Assembly (NCBI GenBank): GCA_019239875.1
Contig: JAFAZI010000197.1
Location: 162 to 64,161 of the forward strand
Direction: 5' to 3'
Origin: Frankiaceae bacterium
GTDB taxonomy: Bacteria > Actinomycetota > Actinomycetes > JAFAQI01
DNA length: 64,000 bases
Part shown: in pieces, positions 32,264 to 42,329 of the stretch
How positions within the stretch are numbered: position 1 is the first letter of the stretch
Layout: the number at the start of each line of letters is the position of its first letter
Program-made: the position numbers and the translations under genes
The notes under the pieces: generated by a model
The model's input: only the letters and a program-made list of their open reading frames with translations
What the model was told of the DNA's origin: nothing
The model's database searches: none

Positions 32264-34377
32264 CCCAGATCGAGGACCTGCTGCGGGCGGCGCTGAACGA
32301 GACTCCCGCGCCGCGCCCGACCACGGTCGACCCGATGAGCGATCTGGAGCGCCGGATCGGGCGGGCGCGGATGCGGATCGGTACGGCGGCCGTGGCCGCG
32401 GTAGCGGTGGTCGTCGCGGCGATCGTCGTGCCCCTGTCACTGGTCGGCGGCTCGCACGACCGGGTGGTCCGGCCTGCGGTCCAGCCGTGGGCCGGCCGAG
32501 CGGACTTCGCGGTCGCGGGCGCCGGCGCCGTGTGGACCCTCGCGGCGCATCCGGCCGGGAGTACGACGTACGCGGTCGAGCAGCGCGACCCGAGCACCGG
32601 TTCGGTCGAGCACCGCTATCCGGTGCGCGACGTGACCGCGCCCGACGGCATGTGGTTCGGCCTCGGACAGGTCTGGATCGCCAATGGCGGCGAGACCACG
32701 ACGACGCAGACCATCAAGCTGGTCGCGGTCGATGCCGCGACCGGTTCGGTGGCGTCGTCGTCACTCGACCTGCCGGGCATCGTCACGTCGATCGCGTTCT
32801 CAGGTGACGGTCACGCGTGGCTGGCGAGCCGAGGGCGGGTCTACGAGCTGTACCGCAGCCGGTCACGACTGGGCGCGCCGCCGATCTTGGGATCCAACGA
32901 CTCGGGCGCGGTGACGCTGTTGCCGGTCCCGGAGCCGCGACCTGGCGCGCTGCTCGCGACCGATGGTGCACAGGCACTTCCGCCGATCTCCCTGGAGAAC
33001 GCCACGCAGGCACCGGCTGACTACCCCTCGACCTGGCTGCCGGTCGCCAGCGCCGGTGGCGCCGACGTGTGGGCGACCGACGGCCTGCCCGGCGCGGGGG
33101 CCGGCGGGCGGCAGCTCGTCCGTGAGCATGTCGACGCGACCGGCAGCGTGTCGATCCAGACGCGGATCCAGCTGCTCGGCGACTTCGAAGCCATGGTCGC
33201 GGCCCCTGACGGGATCTACGCGTGGACGCGGTCCGGGAGCCAGGGCCGGATCGCGTACTACCCGTCGAGCGAGCTCGCGAGAAGCAACCCGCAGCCGCAT
33301 GCGCTCCTCGATGCCGACCCCGCGCATGTCGTCACGGACCCGGCGGGCGGTCTCGTGGTAGTCGGCGCGGACCAGCGGCTCGAGCGCTGGGTACCGCCGA
33401 CCGGCGGTCGGCTAGCGCCACCGGCGCCCCAACGGATCCGGGTCGGCACGGTGAATGCGGTGGTCACCGGCGGCGGGTACGTGTGGACCTTGCGACCCGC
33501 CGGGCACTATCGCCATCACCTCGCCGCCAACGGTGCCGCGGACGGGCTGATCACGAAGCGTGACGCCCGGACGCTCGCGCCCATCCACACCTACCGGGTC
33601 GCGGGGCCGGTCGACTTCATGGCGTACGGCGCCGGCCGGGTCTGGGCCTGGGGTGGCGGGGACGGCGCCTACCCCCACGCCTACCTGCGGGTCCTGCGGC
33701 CGAGCGACGGGAGCGTCATCAACCAGCGAATCGCCGGCCATCGCCCGCTGTCGGACATCAAGTTCCAGGGCGGGTCCGGGTGGCTGCTCGAGGAGCTCCC
33801 GTCCGCGGTGGTGCCGGCGTCGGTCCACGCGGGCCGGCTGGTTCTCGGCACCGAGGTGCCCGCGCCCGACGCGACGACGCTCGCCGCCGGCAACGGCATC
33901 GTCTACGCACTGGCCTCGTCCAGCACACCCAGCGGCACTGCGGACACGATCGCGACGATCGACGCCAGGACGCAGCGGGCGGTCACGGTCCCGCATGCCG
34001 ACGGGCACGTCTTCGCCGTACTCCCGGACGGGTTCCTCGCCATCCGTGACCGCGTTCTGGTCCGCGAGGACGCCGATGGCAACGTCGTCGGCACCTCACT
34101 CGATGCCCGCATGCGATACGTGCGGGTCGCGCAGGACAACGGCCTGATCTACGTGGCGCTGGCCCGCCCCGGATGCCAGGCGACATCGTGTGTGAACCTC
34201 GTCGTCTATCGACCTCGGGATCTCGCTGGAGGTACGGCGAGCCCCAGCGCCGCGACGCATCTGCCGCGTGGTGGGACGCCGAGCTCGCTGGCCATCGACG
34301 GGACCGGTGCCGTCGACGCCGTTCAGGGTTTCGACGCCCTCTACCGGTGGTCCCCGACAGGTGGCGGCGCCTCCTGA
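32260..34377 (+). CDS. Probable membrane anti-sigma factor with a duplicated extracytoplasmic beta-rich domain
   Basis: ATGA overlap with the sigma gene. Short cytoplasmic IEDLLRAAL segment, a TM helix, then two related halves. Confidence 0.65.
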   Translation: MTQIEDLLRAALNETPAPRPTTVDPMSDLERRIGRARMRIGTAAVAAVAVVVAAIVVPLSLVGGSHDRVVRPAVQPWAGRADFAVAGAGAVWTLAAHPAGSTTYAVEQRDPSTGSVEHRYPVRDVTAPDGMWFGLGQVWIANGGETTTTQTIKLVAVDAATGSVASSSLDLPGIVTSIAFSGDGHAWLASRGRVYELYRSRSRLGAPPILGSNDSGAVTLLPVPEPRPGALLATDGAQALPPISLENATQAPADYPSTWLPVASAGGADVWATDGLPGAGAGGRQLVREHVDATGSVSIQTRIQLLGDFEAMVAAPDGIYAWTRSGSQGRIAYYPSSELARSNPQPHALLDADPAHVVTDPAGGLVVVGADQRLERWVPPTGGRLAPPAPQRIRVGTVNAVVTGGGYVWTLRPAGHYRHHLAANGAADGLITKRDARTLAPIHTYRVAGPVDFMAYGAGRVWAWGGGDGAYPHAYLRVLRPSDGSVINQRIAGHRPLSDIKFQGGSGWLLEELPSAVVPASVHAGRLVLGTEVPAPDATTLAAGNGIVYALASSSTPSGTADTIATIDARTQRAVTVPHADGHVFAVLPDGFLAIRDRVLVREDADGNVVGTSLDARMRYVRVAQDNGLIYVALARPGCQATSCVNLVVYRPRDLAGGTASPSAATHLPRGGTPSSLAIDGTGAVDAVQGFDALYRWSPTGGGAS

Positions 34378-35126
34378 GTGTCCGGGTCGGCGGGCTCGCC
34401 GGCGCGACTGCGGAGAATCTCCTCGTAGGCGTCGATCGGGCTGTGGAGGCCGAGTCCGCCGTCGGCGTCGATGATCTGACCGGTAACCCAGTCGAGACCG
34501 TGGACGGCCGCGATGACCCGCGCGACCTGTGCGGCGCTACCAATCGATCCGAGTGCGGTGCGATGGCTGACCCGGGTGAGCCAGCCGCGGTCGAGCGGCG
34601 CCCCGCCGAGCATTGGAGTATCGGTGACGCCCGGCCCGACCGCGTTCACACGGATTCGCGCCGCACCCCACTCCGCCGCCGCTACCTTCACGACCATGTT
34701 CAGGGCGGCTTTGGACGCGCAGTAGGCGCCCATGTTGCGGTCGGTGAGGTGAGCGCTGACGCTGGTCACCGCCACGAACGATGCCGGACGGTCGTGCTCG
34801 GCGAGTCGACGGGCCCACTCCCGCATGACCAGCATCGGCCCGCGGGTGTTGACGGCCTGCACGCGGTCCCATTCGGCCATGTCGAGGTCAGTCAGCAAGC
34901 CTGACGAACCGACGCCTGCGCAGACCGACAGCCGGTCAACCAGTCCGACGGCGGCAACGGTGGCCTCGACAGCGGCTCGGACGCCGTCCTCGTCGGAGAT
35001 GTCGACGCGGATGTCGGCGGGCGGCTGCACGTCCCACACCGACACGTCGTGGCCGGCGTCCCGCTCCTGCTCGGCGAGTGCCGCTCCGATACCTGACGCG
35101 CCTCCCACGATCACCGACACGGTCAC
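34341..35126 (-). CDS. Short-chain dehydrogenase/reductase
   Basis: GGASGIG, YCASK, RVNAVGPG. Confidence 0.9.
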   Translation of the reverse strand: MTVSVIVGGASGIGAALAEQERDAGHDVSVWDVQPPADIRVDISDEDGVRAAVEATVAAVGLVDRLSVCAGVGSSGLLTDLDMAEWDRVQAVNTRGPMLVMREWARRLAEHDRPASFVAVTSVSAHLTDRNMGAYCASKAALNMVVKVAAAEWGAARIRVNAVGPGVTDTPMLGGAPLDRGWLTRVSHRTALGSIGSAAQVARVIAAVHGLDWVTGQIIDADGGLGLHSPIDAYEEILRSRAGEPADPDTQEAPPPVGDHR

Positions 35127-35701
35127 GGGCTGAGTCCCTTCAGGAAGAGATCGGCGAGATCATCGGCCGCGGCAGCGACCTGACGGCTGGTGGCACGCCT
35201 CGGCAGCTGTATCCCCGTGGTGTTCACGGCGCCCAGCAGCGCAAGCGCGACCGCGCGGGGCGCCTGACTGCACACCAGCGTCCCCTCGCGGATCCCTTCT
35301 GCGATCAGTTCGCTGACCGGGCGGATGAACGAGGCCTCGGCGGCGTCACGGATCTGCGGTGAACGCGCCGCGCGTCCGAGGTCGAACTGCAGCGCTGCGC
35401 TGGCTGCCCTGCGACGGTGAAACAGCGCCAAGTGAGCGCGCAGCACGGCGCGCAGCCGGTCTGGTGCCGGTCCGTCGCTTGCCGCGGCCTCGACGACGAC
35501 CTCCTCCACCTCGCCGAGCAGTTCTCGGAAGATCCAGGCGAGCACGACCTCCTTGGTCACGGAGTGGTAGTACAACGTCGCCTTCGGGATACCGGTGGCG
35601 GCCGCTATCTCCGCGACCGACGTACGGTCTGCCCCTTGCGCCGCGAACAGGTCAGCCGCGGCCCACAGCTTGTTCGCCATCCCCGGCGGCAGCACCATCA
35701 T
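35123..35701 (-). CDS. TetR/AcrR family regulator
   Basis: SVAEIAAATGIPKATLYYH HTH. Confidence 0.85.
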   Translation of the reverse strand: MMVLPPGMANKLWAAADLFAAQGADRTSVAEIAAATGIPKATLYYHSVTKEVVLAWIFRELLGEVEEVVVEAAASDGPAPDRLRAVLRAHLALFHRRRAASAALQFDLGRAARSPQIRDAAEASFIRPVSELIAEGIREGTLVCSQAPRAVALALLGAVNTTGIQLPRRATSRQVAAAADDLADLFLKGLSP

Positions 35702-35712
35702 GACCTTTCGCG

Positions 35713-35744
35713 CTTGGACTTGTAGTCTAGACCAGCAGTCCAAG
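35713..35744. promoter_or_regulatory. Tandem palindromic TetR operator between divergent genes
   Basis: CTTGGACTtgtAGTCTAGACCagcAGTCCAAG: two overlapping TRGACY-N3-AGTCYA palindromes that also form one large inverted repeat. Confidence 0.6.
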
Positions 35745-35760
35745 ATTCTGAGGGGCGGAG

Positions 35761-36192
35761 ATGCCGAAAGTCCATCACAGCGCCATCTGCACGCGCGACG
35801 TCGAGTCCAGCCTGCGCTTCTGGTGTGACGGTCTCGGATTCGTGCCGTTGATGGATCTGTCGTTCGAGGGGGACTGGCCGACGCTGTTCAACGCGGCGAC
35901 CTCCTCGCTGCGGTCGGTGTTTCTCGGCGACCCGGCCGACAGCACGAGCGGCATCGTCGAGCTCGTCGACCTCGGCGAGATCCCTTCCGCATCCGCCGTT
36001 CACGAGCCCGTGGTCGGGTTCTTCCTGCTCTCGGTGTACGCCGACGTCGACGAGGTACTTGCGCGCTTGGCTGCGCTCGGGCTGGGCGGCGTGCCAACCC
36101 GTACGGTGACCAGCGGTGTAGCGATGGCGTGCGTCACCGACCCGAACGGAGTACGGGTCGAGCTGATCGACGCCGCTCAGGCGAAGGTATGA
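35761..36192 (+). CDS. VOC/glyoxalase family protein
   Basis: HHSAICTRDVESSLRFW...DPNGVRVEL. Confidence 0.85.
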   Translation: MPKVHHSAICTRDVESSLRFWCDGLGFVPLMDLSFEGDWPTLFNAATSSLRSVFLGDPADSTSGIVELVDLGEIPSASAVHEPVVGFFLLSVYADVDEVLARLAALGLGGVPTRTVTSGVAMACVTDPNGVRVELIDAAQAKV

Positions 36193-37625
36193 CTCGACGA
36201 GTCGCCGTTGTTGGAGCCGGCGCCGGCGGGATCGCGATGGGCGTCGCCCTCAAGCGGGCCGGTTACGAGTTCACGATCTTCGACGGCGCCGACGGGTTCG
36301 GCGGCACGTGGCGTCACAACACGTATCCGGGTGCTGCCTGCGACGTTCCCTCCCACCTGTACTCGTTCTCCTTCGCACTCAATCCGCGGTGGAGCAAGAC
36401 CTACGCCACCCAGCCGGAGATCCTCGCCTACCTCGAGGGGGTCGCCCGTCACCACGGGCTCGACGAGCACCTGCGGGCCGGCACCCGGGTCGGGTCGGCA
36501 GCGTGGTCCGACGAGCGCCAGAGCTGGACCGTGACCACCGCGTCCGGCAGCGTGGAGACCTTCGACGTCATCGTCACTGCCGTGGGAATGCTCGACATCC
36601 CCAACATCCCGCACATCCCCGGCATCGAGCGGTTTCGGGGCCGAGTCTTCCATTCATCGAGGTGGGACCACAGCCGGTCGGTGACCGGTGAGCGCGTTGG
36701 ATCGATCGGCACCGGCGCAAGCGCGATCCAGTACGTGCCAGCGATCGCTCGGGACGTCCTGTCGCTGACGGTGTTCCAGCGAACCCCGATCTGGGTCTCC
36801 CCACGCTTCGATGAACCGTTCACCGACGAGCAGATGCGCACCTTCACCGATCAGCCCGAGCAGATGCAGGCGCTGCGCGACTACATCTGGCAGCAGTACG
36901 AGGACGCCAGTTTCGACGCCGGGGACGAGCAGACGCGCAAGGCCACCGAGCTCGCCCGTAGCTACCTGCACCGCAAAGTCCACGATCCCGATCTACGCGC
37001 GAAGCTCACCCCGGCGTACCCCGTCGGCTGCAAGCGGCCGCTGCTGTCCCGCGACTGGTTTCCGACCCTCACCGCTCCGCACGTGCGGCTGGTCACCGTC
37101 GGCGTCAGCGAGTACACCGAGGCGGGACTGCTCACCGCTGACGGCGAAGAGCATGAGCTCGACACCGTCATCTACGGCACCGGGTTCACCGCCGCGGACT
37201 ACCTCAGCAGTCTGAGCATCACCGGCACAGCGGGTCGCACGCTGCACGACGAGTGGAGCGACGGCGCTGAGGCGTACCTCGGCACGACAGTTAGCGGATA
37301 CCCGAACCTGTTCACCCTCTACGGACCGAACACCAACGGGGTCAACTCCATCCTCTACATCCACGAAGCGCAGGTCCGCTACGTCATGAGCGCTCTCGAC
37401 CTGCTGGCCGAGTCGGGCGCCCGGTCGATCGACGTCAAGGCTCAGGTGCAGGCCGACTACAACCAGCGGTTACAGGACGCGATGCACGGGACGGTCTGGC
37501 TGGCGAACTGCAACAACTACTACCGGCACCCCAGCGGCAAGGTCGTCACGCAGCTGCCTTACAGCGGCGGCGAGTTCGCCCGCCGTACCCAACGGGTGGA
37601 CCCCGCCGACTACGACCTGACCTGA
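36189..37625 (+). CDS. Flavin-containing (Baeyer-Villiger-type) monooxygenase
   Basis: GAGAGG, GGTWRHNTYPG, FHSSRWD, GTGASA, GCKR, GTGF. Confidence 0.9.
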   Translation: MTRRVAVVGAGAGGIAMGVALKRAGYEFTIFDGADGFGGTWRHNTYPGAACDVPSHLYSFSFALNPRWSKTYATQPEILAYLEGVARHHGLDEHLRAGTRVGSAAWSDERQSWTVTTASGSVETFDVIVTAVGMLDIPNIPHIPGIERFRGRVFHSSRWDHSRSVTGERVGSIGTGASAIQYVPAIARDVLSLTVFQRTPIWVSPRFDEPFTDEQMRTFTDQPEQMQALRDYIWQQYEDASFDAGDEQTRKATELARSYLHRKVHDPDLRAKLTPAYPVGCKRPLLSRDWFPTLTAPHVRLVTVGVSEYTEAGLLTADGEEHELDTVIYGTGFTAADYLSSLSITGTAGRTLHDEWSDGAEAYLGTTVSGYPNLFTLYGPNTNGVNSILYIHEAQVRYVMSALDLLAESGARSIDVKAQVQADYNQRLQDAMHGTVWLANCNNYYRHPSGKVVTQLPYSGGEFARRTQRVDPADYDLT

Positions 37626-37691
37626 TCGCCCAACCGTCTCGAATCGTTGGTTCGAGGCGACTGAAACCAACGATTCGGGACGGTTGGGCGA
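37626..37691. repeat. 66-bp REP-like palindrome, family A copy 3
   Basis: Starts immediately after the monooxygenase stop and ends 13 nt from the tRNA-Ser CCA. Confidence 0.9.
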
Positions 37692-37704
37692 AAAGCTGCG
37701 GGGG

Positions 37705-37797
37705 TGGCGGAGGCTCCGGGATTTGAACCCGGGATGGGGGGTTACCCCAAACCGCATTAGCAGTGCGGCGCCATAGACCGGACTAGGCGAAGCCTCC
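37705..37797 (-). tRNA. tRNA-Ser(GCT)
   Basis: GGAGGCT/AGCCTCC acceptor stem plus GCCA, anticodon arm CCGCA-CTGCTAA-TGCGG, long variable arm, GGTTCAAATCC T-loop. Confidence 0.95.
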
Positions 37798-37871
37798 TCG
37801 CAGCGTTTCCGCCGCGCCCGACGAGGTTAGCGCAGACAGGATTCGCGCCCGAGCGTGTAGAAGTGGCTGCC

Positions 37872-40376
37872 ATGCGCCGCCTCCCCCTCGTCGTCGCGAC
37901 CGCTGCCGTCGCCGCCCTGTCCGTTCCGCCCGCTCTCGCCGCCGCGCCGCATCACCTGTCCGAACCTGGCGTCGCCATGACCGCGCCAGCGTCGGACAAC
38001 TCGCCGGCCGCGCATCACTACAAGGTGACGGTGACCCGTACGACGGGCGGCGTCCCGCACATCCTCGCGAAGAACTTCGGCGACGCGGGCTACGGCTACG
38101 GCTACGTCTTCGCGCAGGACAACATCTGCACGATGGCCGACGACTACGTGACGGTCGAGGGCCAGCGGTCGCGGTTCTTCGGCCCGACCGACGGCTACAC
38201 CCAGCGCGGCAACGGCGTCAGCGTGACCAACGAGGACTCCGACATCTTCTGGACCCAGATCCGCGACTCGGGGCTCGTGCCGCGGCTCGCGGCCCGCAAG
38301 CCGCCGCTCGGCCCCACGAACCAGCTCCGCCAAGGCGTTCGCGGCTACGTCGCCGGTTACAACGCCTACCTCCGCCACATCGGCGGCAGCAAGGGCATCA
38401 AGGACCCGGCGTGCAAGGGAGCGCCGTGGGTGCGGCCGATCACGGTCGAGGACGCCTACCTGCGCTTCTACCAGCTCGTCGAGCTCGCAAGTGGCGACGT
38501 CGTCATCCCCGGGATCGCCGAGGCCGCCCCGCCAGCGCCCGGCGCGCCGCCCGCACCAGGCATGAACCCGCACCGGGCGGCGCGGCTGCTCGCGCAGGGC
38601 TGGCACCGCTCGATGGGCGATCTGGGCAGCAACGCGGTCGCGATCGGCAAGGCCGGCACGCGCGATCACAAGCACGGCATGCTGCTCGGCAACCCCCACT
38701 TCCCCTGGGTGGGCCCCGAACGCTTCTATGACGCGCAGATCCACATCCCGGGCGTCGTCAACGTGACTGGTGCGGCGCTGTTCGGCGTCCCGCTGGTGCT
38801 GATCGGCCACAACCAGACGATGGCGTGGAGTCACACGGTGTCGACCGCGTTCCGCTTCACGCCGTACCAGCTCCAGCTCGTACCAGGCTCGCCGACGGAG
38901 TACATGGTCGACGGCAAGGTCCACAAGATGCAGCCGCGGACCGTGACGATCGTGGAGCGGGGCGCCGGGGGCAAGCTCACCAAGCTGACCCACACGACGT
39001 GGTGGACGCGGTATGGCCCGGTGTTCAACTCGATCCTCGGGATCCCGTTGCCCTGGACCACCCAGTCCGCATTCGTTCTGAAGGATGCGAACGCCACCAA
39101 CTTCCGCGTGTTCAACCACTTCCTCGCGACCGATCAGGCGAAATCGGCGACCGAGGAGCTGCGAATCCTCAAGAAGTACGAGGGCATCCCGTGGGTCAAC
39201 ACGATCGTGTCCGACCGTGCCGGACATGCCCTGTACGCCGACATCGGCACCGTCCCGAACGTCCCGGACACGCTCGCGGCAGCGTGCAACGTCCCGTTGG
39301 GCGATGCGACGACCAAGCTCCTCGGCCTGCCCGTCCTCGACGGCTCCAGGAAGGCATGTGACTGGCGCAAGGACAAGGATGCGGCGATCCCGGGGATCTT
39401 CGGTCCGAAGCACCTGCCGCATCTGTTCCGCCACGACTACGTGACGAACTCGAACGACTCGTACTGGCTCTCCAACCCGCACCACCCGCTCACCGGCTTC
39501 GCCCGCATCATCGGTGATGAGAAGAAGCCGCGGTCGTTGCGGACCCGGATCGGCCTGATCATGACCCAGAACCGGGTCTCGGGGATCCACGTCAAGAAGG
39601 GCTTCACGCTGGCCTCGATGACCCACATGGTGTTCTCGAACCGCCAGTACGGCGGGGAGCTCATGCGGGACAAGCTGGTCACGCTCTGCCAGTCCTACGA
39701 GGCGAGCGGGACCATCCCCAGCTCGAGCGGCCCGGTGTCGGTCGACAACGCCTGCACGGTGCTCAAGCACTGGGACCTGCACGAGAACGCGCACAGCCGG
39801 GGCTCGGTGCTGTTCCGCCGGTTCTTCGACAACCTGACCGGGGCGGCACAGGGCACGATCTACAGCTTCACCGACCTGACGCCGTACTTCACCCGCCCGT
39901 TCCAGGCGGACGATGCCGTGCACACCCCGAGCGGGCTGAACACCAGCGATCCCGAGGTGGCGACCGCGCTCGGCGACGCCATCAAGGACCTCGACGACGC
40001 CCACTACCCGTTGGGCGTCGCGCTGGACAAGGTCCAAGGAGTCCATCGCAACGGCGTATTCATCCCGATCCAGGGCGGTGAGGGCGACCCGAACGGCGAG
40101 TTCGACGCGATCTATGCACCCTGGATCGACGGCCAGGGCTTCGGCGACGTCGATGACGGGTCGTCATTCGTGCAGGCGGTGACGTGGAAGACCGGCCATC
40201 GCTGCCCGGTGGCGCGAACGATTCTGACCTACTCGGAGTCCAGCGATCCGACCAACCCGCACTACGCGGATCAGACAAGAATGTTTTCGAAGAAGCGCTG
40301 GGTCCACGACGCTTTCTGCGGCGCCGCCATCCGGCACGATCCGAATCGGGCGGTTCTCCACCTATCGGGGCACTGA
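37872..40376 (+). CDS. Secreted penicillin acylase-family Ntn hydrolase (aculeacin A/AHL acylase PvdQ-like)
   Basis: GVPHI, GYVFAQDN, autoproteolytic G-SNAVAIG, LLGNPHFPW, NSNDSYW, ILTYSES. Confidence 0.88.
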   Translation: MRRLPLVVATAAVAALSVPPALAAAPHHLSEPGVAMTAPASDNSPAAHHYKVTVTRTTGGVPHILAKNFGDAGYGYGYVFAQDNICTMADDYVTVEGQRSRFFGPTDGYTQRGNGVSVTNEDSDIFWTQIRDSGLVPRLAARKPPLGPTNQLRQGVRGYVAGYNAYLRHIGGSKGIKDPACKGAPWVRPITVEDAYLRFYQLVELASGDVVIPGIAEAAPPAPGAPPAPGMNPHRAARLLAQGWHRSMGDLGSNAVAIGKAGTRDHKHGMLLGNPHFPWVGPERFYDAQIHIPGVVNVTGAALFGVPLVLIGHNQTMAWSHTVSTAFRFTPYQLQLVPGSPTEYMVDGKVHKMQPRTVTIVERGAGGKLTKLTHTTWWTRYGPVFNSILGIPLPWTTQSAFVLKDANATNFRVFNHFLATDQAKSATEELRILKKYEGIPWVNTIVSDRAGHALYADIGTVPNVPDTLAAACNVPLGDATTKLLGLPVLDGSRKACDWRKDKDAAIPGIFGPKHLPHLFRHDYVTNSNDSYWLSNPHHPLTGFARIIGDEKKPRSLRTRIGLIMTQNRVSGIHVKKGFTLASMTHMVFSNRQYGGELMRDKLVTLCQSYEASGTIPSSSGPVSVDNACTVLKHWDLHENAHSRGSVLFRRFFDNLTGAAQGTIYSFTDLTPYFTRPFQADDAVHTPSGLNTSDPEVATALGDAIKDLDDAHYPLGVALDKVQGVHRNGVFIPIQGGEGDPNGEFDAIYAPWIDGQGFGDVDDGSSFVQAVTWKTGHRCPVARTILTYSESSDPTNPHYADQTRMFSKKRWVHDAFCGAAIRHDPNRAVLHLSGH

Positions 40377-40651
40377 TAGGCTACGAAACCATTGCAAACA
40401 CAAGGTTTCCGGACATTCGGAAGGTCTAGGATTCATCGTGTGAATGTGGGCGCGCCCCGGTTCGGCATAACTATTCGGGGGGTCCAATCGTTGGTCAATC
40501 ATGACTATGTTCGTGGTCAAGTGAGCGCGGCTGATGGCCGAAATTAGGGGGGCAGGCAAGAATGGCTCCGGCTGAGGCCTTCCCCATTCCCCACCTGTAG
40601 GACGAAGCGATCGCCGCTTTGTGGCACGTGTCGAAATGGAGTGAGCTACTC

Positions 40652-42157
40652 GTGACGGGACGCCCAGCCGCTGCCGCGTTGGCAACCGCCATCGGCCTCA
40701 CCGTGTCGCTAGCGCCGAGTGCAGCCAGTGCCCACACCTTCCGCCCCGGCGCGCCAAGCGGCCTCCACGTGGTCAAGGTGACCAGCTCGTCGTTCACGGT
40801 GGCGTCGAAGCCCGCGCCGCACGCGACGCGCTACCGGCTGTTCGCCTCGACGACCCGCAGCAACCTGTTCGTCCAGAACATTCGCAACGCGCAGCGCGGT
40901 CCGCTGTCGAAGTCCCCTCGCGTCCGCATCGGCCACCTGACCGGTGGCTCGGTGCCGTACTACTACCGGGTCGAGGCGCTGAACCAGCAGCGGTGGAAGT
41001 TCTCCGGCACGATCGGCGAGGTCGGGCTTCGGCCGGCGGCGCCGGCGAACGTGCACGGACGAGCGAACGCGATGCAGACCTTCGTCACCTGGACCCCGTC
41101 GCAGACGGCGTCCGGCTACAGCATCGAGCAGTCGACCAGCCGTGACATGTCGGCCCACCGCAAGGTGTTCAACATCCGCGGCAACACGGGCTCGTACACG
41201 CCGTACGGCCTGAAGCCCGGCAAGACCTACTACTACCGCGTGCGGGCGCTGAACGCGTCGACGCCGTCGTCGTACAGCGCCACGACCGCTGTCGTGAACC
41301 ACAGCCGGCACCAGTCCGTGCGGGTCATGACCTACAACATCAAGGAAGCGCGCTTCGACGGCACCCGTGAGGGCAGCGGTCGCATCGCCCCGTGGATGTC
41401 AGCCCGTCGCCCGGCGGCTGCCGCGCTGATCAAGCAAGCCCACCCGGACGTCATCGGCATCGAGGAAGGCGCCTCCCCGATCGGCCACCGCGGCGGCCCG
41501 CGTCAGGTCGACACGCTGCGCAATGCGCTCGGCGGCGAGTACGCGCTCGCCCGGACGGAGGTCCCGCCGAGCCAGGCCGGCACCCACCGGACCGGCAACT
41601 ACATCCTGTACCGCAAGGCCGCCTACCGGGCGGTCGGCAAGGGCGGGCACTGGGCGCTCGGCGACCGGCGGTGGGCCGCGCACCAGATCCTGCGCAACCG
41701 GGCGACGGGTGCGAAGTTCCTGTTCGTCGACGCGCACCTGCGCCAGCAGGCCGGGCGGGCCAACGACGTCCGCCGCAAGCACGAGACCCAGCGGCTGGTC
41801 AGCCTGGGCCATGCCCTGGCTGCTCGTCACCACGTGCCGGTCGTGTACGTCGGCGACTTCAACTCCGACCCGTTCGACCACCACGCGTTCAACGCGCCCT
41901 CGATGGTGATGAAGGCCCACCACGTCGCGGATGCGTACAACGTGGCGCAGCACCGGCAGAATGCTCGCTTCAACACCGCGAACCACTACCTGCGCCGGCC
42001 GCCGCACGTCGGCGCCCGCATCGACTACGTGTACGCGCCGACGGGCGTCGGGGTGAAGTCGTGGCGACTCATCATGCACGTGCGTCACGGCAGCTTCGTC
42101 GGCACGATCCCCTCGGACCACAACCCGCTGGTGTCGGACCTCAGCATCCCCTTCTAG
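40652..42157 (+). CDS. Secreted FN3-repeat plus endonuclease/exonuclease/phosphatase domain protein
   Basis: Signal peptide, two FN3-like units (YYYRVEALN, YYYRVRALN), EEP motifs MTYNI, GIEE, GDFN, IDYV, SDH. Confidence 0.85.
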   Translation: MTGRPAAAALATAIGLTVSLAPSAASAHTFRPGAPSGLHVVKVTSSSFTVASKPAPHATRYRLFASTTRSNLFVQNIRNAQRGPLSKSPRVRIGHLTGGSVPYYYRVEALNQQRWKFSGTIGEVGLRPAAPANVHGRANAMQTFVTWTPSQTASGYSIEQSTSRDMSAHRKVFNIRGNTGSYTPYGLKPGKTYYYRVRALNASTPSSYSATTAVVNHSRHQSVRVMTYNIKEARFDGTREGSGRIAPWMSARRPAAAALIKQAHPDVIGIEEGASPIGHRGGPRQVDTLRNALGGEYALARTEVPPSQAGTHRTGNYILYRKAAYRAVGKGGHWALGDRRWAAHQILRNRATGAKFLFVDAHLRQQAGRANDVRRKHETQRLVSLGHALAARHHVPVVYVGDFNSDPFDHHAFNAPSMVMKAHHVADAYNVAQHRQNARFNTANHYLRRPPHVGARIDYVYAPTGVGVKSWRLIMHVRHGSFVGTIPSDHNPLVSDLSIPF

Positions 42158-42190
42158 GTCGAGCCCCGCCTCTCGCCGGCTCGGCGCGCG

Positions 42191-42266
42191 CTAGTTGTCG
42201 CCGAGCCGTGCGAAGTGGGTCGTCCGCGCGGGGTTTTGGGCCCGCTTCGCGCGGCTCGCGGACTAG
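42191..42266. repeat. REP-like palindrome, family E copy 1
   Basis: GAGCCGTGCGAAGTGGGTC ... GGCCCGCTTCGCGCGGCTC, related to 49121-49198. Confidence 0.7.
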
Positions 42267-42329
42267 GGGGCCCACACCGCCCCCGATCGACTCGGGTTTG
42301 AGGGGCGCTCCGCAGGAAATCGATCTTTC

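Noticed and set aside
37827-40046. 739-aa minus-strand ORF and similar long antisense ORFs (e.g. 26075-27868, 44435-45976, 58368-60149)
   Set aside because: Typical stop-poor shadow frames of high-GC genes, each opposite a well-supported CDS.
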